Made by a program: the position numbers and the translations under genes. Below are positions 29,801 to 37,700 of a stretch of 64,000 nt of DNA, one piece after another (positions within the stretch are counted from its first letter, which is position 1; each line of letters begins with the position of its first letter). Below the pieces are notes generated by a model. The model was not told the origin of the DNA and made no database searches. It saw only the letters and a program-made list of their open reading frames with translations. The stretch covers positions 275-64,274 of the forward strand of contig JBHPIO010000007.1 of assembly GCA_042568575.1 (NCBI GenBank), given 5' to 3'. This DNA is from Patescibacteria group bacterium. Its GTDB lineage: Bacteria; Patescibacteriota; Gracilibacteria; UBA1369; PNNO01.

Positions 29801-32800
29801 AGGAATCGCTCGAGTTCTTGATGCACTTTCTAATGTAACTTTACACAAAAGAATGCCGGAAACTGCTGACGATAGATACAGACCACTTATGGTTGGTATT
29901 GGAGTTGCAGGAAAAGGTCAGAAAGAACATTACAAAAATGTTCCGAGTAAAAATTATCACTCATTAAAATCATTACTACATAAGCATGATGGTGCCCCTG
30001 AAGGAATTGCAATCGGAGCATCAGATAAAGTACTGGCAAATTTCAAAGGAGTATATTTTAATTACTTCCACGATGCTGAGCAAATAGCAGATTTTAAGAA
30101 AAAATATGTAGATGGTCCTGCAAATAAAGGGGGCTTGAAACTATTATTCATGTCATTTGGATTCAACTATCTAGTTGCCAAAGGATACCTTAGAAAACTT
30201 TCTAGCGATCCAAAAGACAAACGGTATATTCTTGTTAAAACACCTACAAGAAAAGAATGGGCAACTGCATTAAGCATGTTACCAAAACACAAACCAGCAC
30301 TATGGAGTAACGGAAAAGACAACTTCCAAAAATGGGAAAGAATCCGTGAATCACTTAACAGAAATAAAGCTGCTCAAAGATTTATTAATAAAATCTTTAG
30401 TAACTCACCTGCGGTTGATACTCGTCTAAAAGGACGATTAAAAAGCATGTTCAAAGCAGGTCGAAAGACTCTCGACATGGCGTACTTAAGTAAAGTTACT
30501 TATAACAATGAATTCTACGCAAGATTCATTTCGCCAGAACGAGGAAGAATCAGCTTTACTAACGACAACTTAAAAGACGCTCCTGAAAAAGGATCAAACG
30601 TATATGAATTAAATTCTCAAAAAGTACTCACAAAAGCTAACCTATATATATGGTTATCTTTATGGCACGATCTTTCATACGGATCTGCAGAAGGTAAATA
30701 CGAACAAACTGTAAATAAAATTGCAAAGGATTTCCATATTCCTGGAAGTGTACTTGCTAAGTTTGATACTTCAAATAATGCACCTCCAAAAGCAAGAAAA
30801 GCATTACTTGCAGAAATCTACAAAAGAATCGAATTAAAAAACCTTAATCCATCTAAAATTAATCCGGCTTACGGAGAATTTATCCGAACTGGTTTCGTAC
30901 TAGCTCGGCAACAACAGATGGCTGGAAACTTCGACAGCTTTGTTAAATCGCTTCCAGAAGGACTTTCTACAAAACCAATGTACAGAAAGCTTCAAATTGA
31001 AGCGTTCAAGAGAGGTTGTCCTATACATCAACTTCCTCAAATTGAACAACGTGTAAATGCGGCAATCTTTGCGACATTGAACATGGGATTTGATGCGGCA
31101 AAAAAGCTTGATTACGTTGAAGCATCAGCTGGTGGAGTTGTAAGTGTAAATATTGGTAAATGGCTTGGTGCGGAATGGAAAATTGGAATTTCTGGATTAG
31201 TTACTCTTGCTGGAGTTGCTGCAAGTGGAGGAATAGAAGCAGCATGGGCATGGGGTAAAGCAAAAAGATGGCAACTTGGATTCAAACTTGGTGCAGGTGC
31301 AGATGTAAGTTACGGTGGCGGTGTTGGATTCCACGCCGGTGCAGAAGCTACTTTCCAATTCCCTCTTGGGAAATCTGCATGGGATATGTACGCAAGTGCA
31401 TGGGCAGGTATTAGATACAAACAAGCAGCTCTTGGAATTGGTGGTGGTATTGATATCGGTGCTAAATGGAACCAGGCAGTTGCAGATAGAAAAGCAGAAA
31501 TTAAATCTGACTCAAAACGCAAGATTAAGGATATTGAAAAACTAAGATCAGCAGGAAAGATTAAAGAACTTGCTGCTGCACTTCGAAAACATCCTGTATT
31601 CGGAGACTGGTTCAAAGAATACGAAAGAAAAATGACTTCAATGAACTTACATGTTTCAGACGAAGTAATGGTAGATTTGTATACTCGAACAAAAGCATAC
31701 TGGCAGAACAAAGCTCGCGAAGGAGTTAAAGTTCCACCTGTAGTTGGAGTTGGAATACGAGTTATTCCATACCCTCCATTCGTTATACCTTATATAGATA
31801 TCAACATTGGTGGAAACAAAGTAATCTACACTACTCGTCGTGAACATCCTTTATATAACGAGAGAACTCAAACAAGGGTAAGTAATGAAGCAATAAATCA
31901 GAAACTCAAAAAACAAATCATGGCTAGGCACGGTTCAAGAGTTGTTTCTAAACTTAGCATCTTGGCAAAGAGTGGATCTCCATTCTACGATGCACGCGTT
32001 GGACGAACCAACGTTGTAAACCGTCCTGGAAAAGGTAGAGAAACAAGCTCGGTTAACTTTGGATCACGATTTGAATCGATCAAAAGTGCATTTGCTAAAC
32101 ATCACATACACATAAGACGAGTTAAATTAGCAGGTCATGGAAACGTAATTGAGCTTACTCCTTTAAGAACAGAGGGAAGTAACGTTGAATTCGTGATGCC
32201 TCCAGGACTTGGAAAAGCTGTAATTCTTGATAAAAGCAAGAACAGAGTACTTCTTGCAGCTAGCATGTTAAAGAAACTCTATATTACACGTCAAAGAATT
32301 GAACTCCCATATAGAGGGCATGGTGATGCTGTTAATAAAGAAGTAATCGTATTCAAGACAAACAGATATCAAACAACTAGTGAGATCAGACAGACTGCTC
32401 CACACACTATATATAAATACAGAAATCAAAAATACAGAATCGTTGCAGGATCTAGACGTGATTCAATTGAAGGCGGTGGAGACATTATAACACTTGCAGA
32501 ATTCAATAAACGAAGAGACCTTGCAAAAGAGCGCGCATCAAGAAAGATTCCAAAAATTCTTGATTACAAAACATATATGGCTCTTATCACACGTAAACCT
32601 CCTTTAAGTGATAAAGAATTGAGACTACATTTCGGTCATAGATATGGAAAATATGAAACCACTCAGGCCATTAGTAGATTCCAGGATCGTCTTAAAAAAG
32701 ACCGAGGTGATACAGCTGATATGCGCAAAGCATTACAATTTGAAAAAAAGGTTGGATTAGACGTAAAGAGAAGTGCTGAACTTCTTACTACAGTGAGTAT

Positions 32801-34157
32801 AGATTATTATAAGGATAATAAAAAATCGTTTGATAACCTTGTTGGAAGTATTAGCGGTGCAAGAGACAACGAAATGGGTATTAAACAGAAAATCTTTAAG
32901 AATATTCAATCATACGTAATCGGTGTAGTTGAGAAAGCCAAAGGTCGCAAACTTACAGCTGCAGAACGTGCTAAAGCAATGCCAACACAACACGAGCTGA
33001 ACTTGATGTATTCAATCATATTAGATCACAGTTTCGTTAAAGTACTTGGCGGACCTGATTGGAAGATTAAACGTCGAATTGAGGCACGTAACAAACTATT
33101 TAAAGCTTATTTAAAAACATCAATTAAAGATTGGAAACGAAAATATCCAAATCAATGGAAGCGCATTAAAGAGAATGTTGATAATATGCCGGAATCAAAA
33201 CGAATTGGTTTCAAACTTACTATCGAAACTCTTGCAAACCACATTGTTCTAACAATGCCTCAAACAGTTAAACAGCTAAAGGAATTTATTAAATCAAAAA
33301 CAAAGCCAATCGGTGCAGGTATGAGATTCGCATCTTACTCACAAAGAAGTGCGAAAAACAAAGCAATGCCGGCAACATATGGTATGGAAAATCATCCAGT
33401 AGCACTCGCTAAGTCTGGAATTTTCAGATTGATTAATGCTCAGCCACAAAACTTAAACTCTCCAAAACCTTTGGAAAGAGCTGCAGCTAGAACAATTCTA
33501 TCAATGCTTTCACCTTTGGATACAGGTAAAAAGAGGCTTGATAGTCCAAATGAAACTATTAAAGCAAAATCACGAGCTGCATTCTTGAAGTCAGACTTAC
33601 CAATACTATTACTGTCGCTTCAAGATCCAAACCTAAAAGTATCTCCTCTGATAAGAGTTCTTGGAAGAGATAAATTTAATCAAATTACCGAGCTTTATAA
33701 GGGTATTAAAAAAGGATTAGACAAACCGAAAGATCCTAAAGAATGGATCACACTATTAAATAAAAATGAAGCTGCATTCCAAATCTTTAGAGCGTTTGTA
33801 GAAAAAGTAAGACACGCTCAATTAAACAATCCTCCAGTTAATAAAGAAGGAGATAAGGAAGTAGTGTTCGGGAAATCAATTATCCGAATCCATACAGAAC
33901 TAGGATCAGGAGGATACCTAAAATGTATGAACGGAACAGTTTACCTAAAACGAAGCTTCTCATTCAGTTCAACTGATACAGAAAGACACGAATGGGTGGT
34001 TGCAAGCGACAAACGTCGAACAGGAGTTATCAACAGATCGGGTAAAGCTGCTAGAAAACTCGCTGTTGGTGCAGGATTATGGGCATCCGCTAAAGGCAAA
34101 AAACGGCCCCCAGGTGGAAGACGTCCACCTAAGCAAACAGCACAAGGTAGACGTTAG
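26817..34157 (+). CDS. giant Lys/Arg-rich protein (2446 aa), function unknown
   Basis: Uninterrupted 7.3-kb ORF. N-terminal repeated modules joined by P/T/K/A linkers, a TPR-like stretch, a central Gly/Ala/Trp-rich segment and a basic C-terminal tail (KGKKRPPGGRRPPKQTAQGRR). No N-terminal signal peptide seen. Confidence 0.85.
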   Translation: MKQLLNKFKENLLASIRDKITTRTALLRLSTKGLHYLTIDKDGMITLSKKGTVDYSSLSLAPAYAAKPTTKPGQKAAPSGRRKATAPTKTPKPKLTPKQQAQLETQQRKELIRKATVQARAFQSLLKTPYTCTVDTKKTSVNVKTQTIYIDIQKNGKPFGTVLWGPKISIFRFEYYDVNTKQYKKYGPLVTTKQLRSRVQDVTKMWKVVGKTPPLPQKPGKKPAHATKPTPTATKKVAQKPTAKPAASAELNKQIVDLKKTLGPKYTYISKPKYGTIELSLPGKQPFTALKKSADGSWVVYKKEGGRWKESYRGKNMAAFKADVVRLAGRKAAPKPLAKPATGPVEVAKQKAIQAAERIIGRIEYYDKARQYTFTIDKANSHKHLVILDVKKGGKDLGSIHIYNPLDAKPTITYTDTTNKMHRYRRADATFIAINAYANKVAPGKVPPVSRGVAKKPTAKPATKEIDKSSPQYKRARVIFKQGIKEFDGGHYKKAIITFKKSLSLSRDPKIHTRIALSYKWLGEPRKALKHYKLFLKDFKPKTDRDKALRSLVVSKMIPQLEKAIAKQGEKQKTSPEKQKAIEAGKLRIKQLQRVPGGKDYNYKIDSVVKGFAFIRITNKKGERVGFAALDLRNKSNDIDYSTPESNKIHNLKGPKALIAAIKAYEKTLAKKEAVKKRTTVDRKKLRSQIGLSQAAATEKFGNQMNPEVKGQVTFEFGKDKRGSFIIVKFKGGRKGLAERKLTLGELFKFVGNDIPHNIRVIGRTWGGRQDKIGTYYSHLKEFHHIKGSRLRVYHGNKLYFGPRRSIAIASSAAEPLKQAQLRAEAAKRKIEDTKERKNYEAFKKKLGERVRMHDESINLAHFEAFMNDEDYDVPRFLQSDSDWKTNWKFVSRDLLKTLAYPPFKIGRVEAQRKFLQEAIQLRLDKYIQPSDFFKVKIEGRSIYNGSYSKFKGRYEDLLTTFDKKEVDPWGDTSKLKPADKKLVAEFLKMNETIKGIARVLDALSNVTLHKRMPETADDRYRPLMVGIGVAGKGQKEHYKNVPSKNYHSLKSLLHKHDGAPEGIAIGASDKVLANFKGVYFNYFHDAEQIADFKKKYVDGPANKGGLKLLFMSFGFNYLVAKGYLRKLSSDPKDKRYILVKTPTRKEWATALSMLPKHKPALWSNGKDNFQKWERIRESLNRNKAAQRFINKIFSNSPAVDTRLKGRLKSMFKAGRKTLDMAYLSKVTYNNEFYARFISPERGRISFTNDNLKDAPEKGSNVYELNSQKVLTKANLYIWLSLWHDLSYGSAEGKYEQTVNKIAKDFHIPGSVLAKFDTSNNAPPKARKALLAEIYKRIELKNLNPSKINPAYGEFIRTGFVLARQQQMAGNFDSFVKSLPEGLSTKPMYRKLQIEAFKRGCPIHQLPQIEQRVNAAIFATLNMGFDAAKKLDYVEASAGGVVSVNIGKWLGAEWKIGISGLVTLAGVAASGGIEAAWAWGKAKRWQLGFKLGAGADVSYGGGVGFHAGAEATFQFPLGKSAWDMYASAWAGIRYKQAALGIGGGIDIGAKWNQAVADRKAEIKSDSKRKIKDIEKLRSAGKIKELAAALRKHPVFGDWFKEYERKMTSMNLHVSDEVMVDLYTRTKAYWQNKAREGVKVPPVVGVGIRVIPYPPFVIPYIDINIGGNKVIYTTRREHPLYNERTQTRVSNEAINQKLKKQIMARHGSRVVSKLSILAKSGSPFYDARVGRTNVVNRPGKGRETSSVNFGSRFESIKSAFAKHHIHIRRVKLAGHGNVIELTPLRTEGSNVEFVMPPGLGKAVILDKSKNRVLLAASMLKKLYITRQRIELPYRGHGDAVNKEVIVFKTNRYQTTSEIRQTAPHTIYKYRNQKYRIVAGSRRDSIEGGGDIITLAEFNKRRDLAKERASRKIPKILDYKTYMALITRKPPLSDKELRLHFGHRYGKYETTQAISRFQDRLKKDRGDTADMRKALQFEKKVGLDVKRSAELLTTVSIDYYKDNKKSFDNLVGSISGARDNEMGIKQKIFKNIQSYVIGVVEKAKGRKLTAAERAKAMPTQHELNLMYSIILDHSFVKVLGGPDWKIKRRIEARNKLFKAYLKTSIKDWKRKYPNQWKRIKENVDNMPESKRIGFKLTIETLANHIVLTMPQTVKQLKEFIKSKTKPIGAGMRFASYSQRSAKNKAMPATYGMENHPVALAKSGIFRLINAQPQNLNSPKPLERAAARTILSMLSPLDTGKKRLDSPNETIKAKSRAAFLKSDLPILLLSLQDPNLKVSPLIRVLGRDKFNQITELYKGIKKGLDKPKDPKEWITLLNKNEAAFQIFRAFVEKVRHAQLNNPPVNKEGDKEVVFGKSIIRIHTELGSGGYLKCMNGTVYLKRSFSFSSTDTERHEWVVASDKRRTGVINRSGKAARKLAVGAGLWASAKGKKRPPGGRRPPKQTAQGRR
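27114..29200 (+). repeat. protein-level repeats: about 5 diverged modules of 80-100 aa plus a TPR-like insert
   Basis: Recurring cores: YTCTVDTKKTSVNVKTQTIYIDIQKNGKPFGTV / YTYISKPKYGTIELSLPGKQPF / YTFTIDKANSHKHLVILDVKKGGKDLGSIHIY / YNYKIDSVVKGFAFIRITNKKGERVGFAALD / VTFEFGKDKRGSFIIVKFKGGRKGLAE. They are separated by KP/TP/AP-rich linkers. Confidence 0.6.
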
Positions 34158-34197
34158 CATTATTCATTAATTACTTATATATATAACTTTATAAAAA

Positions 34198-34689
34198 ATG
34201 AAAACACCAAACAGACTAAAAAATGTTTTTATCGGAGTCGTTATCCTAGCAATTATTCTACTTGGGATAGGATGGCTCTACCTACAATCTCAAGACACAG
34301 CTCTTGAAATTATCACTGACAAACCCGCGTATTTCGCAACTGATAACCCAGAGCTGCAAATCGTTCTCCGAAACCCTAAGGGAGCAAATGAAGGAGAGGT
34401 GATTGTAAACTATCCAGAATCTTTGATCTCAATCATGGAATCCGAGGTAGCTACAGGAGTTAATATGAGAAACATGGATAACGCCATCGTTTTTGAACTT
34501 TCTGATGAATATTTCAAAAACTATACGGCGGTGATCGCGACATTAAAAATGGAAAAAGTAGAGAGAGAGCAAATTGATATCGAGTTCGATCAAGAGAAAT
34601 CAAGTTTAAACTCACCTGAAGGAGCGGTCCAGGTAGCAAGCTACAAAGATGCTCATTTTGCATATGGACAAGCCGGAGGGCGTAGATAA
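34198..34689 (+). CDS. hypothetical signal-anchored protein
   Basis: 163 aa with an N-terminal hydrophobic helix (VFIGVVILAIILLGIGWLYL) then a beta-rich domain. Located between the two giant ORFs. Confidence 0.65.
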   Translation: MKTPNRLKNVFIGVVILAIILLGIGWLYLQSQDTALEIITDKPAYFATDNPELQIVLRNPKGANEGEVIVNYPESLISIMESEVATGVNMRNMDNAIVFELSDEYFKNYTAVIATLKMEKVEREQIDIEFDQEKSSLNSPEGAVQVASYKDAHFAYGQAGGRR

Positions 34690-34722
34690 TCATATCATTT
34701 AAATCATTAATAAATATAAAAA

Positions 34723-37700
34723 ATGAAAACAAAAAACCTCATAAAAAGCATTGTAGCTCTGATAGTAACAGGAGCTTTGCTATCTCTCTTTTCTTATGTT
34801 GCTATTGCGGCATTTGGATCCCAGCACAATCATTCCAGTAAATGTGATAGCCAAAATTGTGTAACCTGGCATAACAATGGTTATTCAATGAACGGCAAAT
34901 ACAAGAATGGTGTACCTTTCGCTACATTTAACGGATATAAAGACAATAGATCCGAAGATGGAATGCCATTTGATGAACGTCAGTTCATGTATATTGAATC
35001 AGAATATGCTGATCATGACGGACAATACCCTGCTCCAAGAAGTCCTTGGGACTTTAGAGTAGAAGATCATGGTTTACAACCATATAACTTCTCACAGGGA
35101 ACAAGCCATCACATTAATTTTGGAAACAGCGACGAACCCGTTTATGTAGGTTTTTGGGCATATGTTCATAACAATGGTGTAGCAGATCAACACGAAGCAG
35201 AATATTCACGAATAAAAATTACAGACTATTACGGGACATCGACATCACACAATCCAAAATATACTTTATGGGCACAGAACACTAAACCTCGAATTGTTTT
35301 TGCTGACACACAAGTAACTGGTAGCAAACCTTTCTCTCTTAACCTAGTAGAAGGATATTATGATAGAGAATCTAATTCTCCAGGATTTGCAGATAACAGA
35401 AAAATGACACAAGCACAATTAAATCAAGTTAGAAGCGCAGGTGGATTATCAATTAGTAGTAATGCACAGTATGACAACAATACTAAAGCAGGGATCATAG
35501 ATTCTTCAGATCTTCACTATATGGTTGTATATCTGGAATTCGAAGCAGTTCCGCAGGATACGCCAGAATGTAGATCTCTAAATATCAGCTTCCCATCAGA
35601 TGCTGTTGATGGTCAATCAAACATCTTCAATGTTCCATCTTGGGAATCTCCCGAGGGTGGTTTCTCTGATCAAATCATGCAAATTCAGATTGATGCTGAT
35701 CCAGGATCATACACAAGATTCCAATACATCACTCCAAATCCGGATGATGTTAAATTTAAAAGATATATTGCAGACACAGATCTAACTCAGAACTTATTTA
35801 CAAACAATCAATACGTATACCTCGATGGTGAACCTGATGAAGGTGACACTCAATACCTAATGGTATTCGCAGTTGATGAAAATGATGACTGGGTAGGTGG
35901 AAGCTGTGCGGATGCAGTTAAAATAGTAAGACCAGATATATCTGAATGTGCAGAATTAAACACAGATCCAGGTCGATCACATCAATATGATCTAATGGCT
36001 GGAGAAGAAGTAGACATTAGTGTTGATAATATTACTGATACTGATGGAGAGGATTTCCGTCCTGAAGGAGAAGTTCCTTTACTTGAATACTGTTACTCAG
36101 GAGATATTGATTGGAACTGGAGTGAAAATAATATTTTCCCATCTCCTGGTGGTGATGAACCAGAAATTGCACCATTTGCACGACCTGAACTTCAACTAAT
36201 GAGACCTGAATTACAAATTGCACCATATTTAACTGATGATTTCCTAATTAATCCGGAAATTCAGGCTCCTTTCGATCCGGAAGAAGTAATGAACCCGGAA
36301 TCAAATTATCTACAAGTTACTGAAGGGATGATTCTTAAAACAAAAGTACTTCCAGGAGTAGCTGAATCGTACGACCTTAATGCAACAGCAACAGGCGTAG
36401 CGGTTCCTGCCGTAACTGGAACGGCAATTGGTGAAGCAGTTACTAGTGAACCGTATGAACTACCTTTATCACTTGGAGAACCAATTTCTATTGATGCTCT
36501 ACAGTTTGCACCTGCTATTGCAGCTGTAGATGTTGAAAGCACTTCACTAACAGCACCAAGAGCAATTGAAGCATCACCTGCAGCAATTTCAGCACCTGGA
36601 CTGGCTGTTGAAGCTACTCTAGCACCTGTTGCAGAAAGCTTAGTTTCTCCAAGACTACAACTTATACCTCAATTATTATACTTTAATCCACATTGTGTAA
36701 TCGCACCAGCTGACCAAGTGCTAAACGATGTTGTACCACTAGAACCGGGAACAATGACAATCCGTGCACTTGATGCTCCTGAAATTTGTTGGGACAGCTT
36801 TGATGTTGGAGGCGGACAATGTATAGACCTTGAAATTAATGAAGATTCATTTGAACCAGACAATTCAGTTTACACAGTTACTGTAAACGTTAATCCAGAT
36901 ACAACTGATTACAGTGTTACATGGATTGTAGAACGTCCAGGTCATGATGGACCACTTATCGCAGTAACAACTGAAGGTACTGATCGTGACACTGTTGATC
37001 TTTCGGAACATGGTTACACATATGAAGACGGAGACAGACTACACGCTCAAGCAATCTCTGATAACCAGGAGTTTGATCCTAATGCAGTTTGTGTGGATGT
37101 ACTAGAACGTGCAGCTGGTCAGTGTGTGGATCTCGATATTGATCAAGATGAATTCACTGAAGACAACTCACAGTATTCAGTTACCGTAGATGTTGAACCA
37201 GATGACGAAGATTACAGAGTAAGATGGACTGTATTTAGAGACGGTGAACCTAACCCTGTACTTGATGTTACAACAGAAGGTGCAGCAGTTAACGAAATCG
37301 ACCTAGACGACTACTCTACTTATACATATGAAGAAGGAGATACTCTCCATGTTGAAGCAATTGATATTAACGATCCAAATAATAACTGTATCGACGAATT
37401 GGTTGCCGAACTAGGAGAATGTCTTGATTTATACCTCGATCAGGATGAATTTGAAATCGAAGATCCTACATACAATGTAAATGTAGAAACAGATCCATCA
37501 AATGCAGAATACGATGTTCTTTGGACAATCGAGCGTGATGGTGACACAGAACTTGAGGTTGTTACAGAAGGTGACTTCCTTGATCTTCGAGATTACTCAA
37601 ACTACACACCTGAAGCTGGAGATTCACTTCGAGCGCAGGCAATTGCAATTGATGATCCTGACAATCTTTGTATAGATGAAATCGATAGCCAAACACCGGA

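Noticed and set aside
31197-31847. Minus-strand ORFs of 63-133 aa (31197-31424, 31310-31711, 31656-31847) and a plus-strand ORF (31315-31545) inside the 2446-aa gene.
   Set aside because: They coincide with the Gly/Ala-rich, GC-richer segment of the giant ORF. GGN/GCN codons are stop-free on the opposite strand, so these are artefacts.
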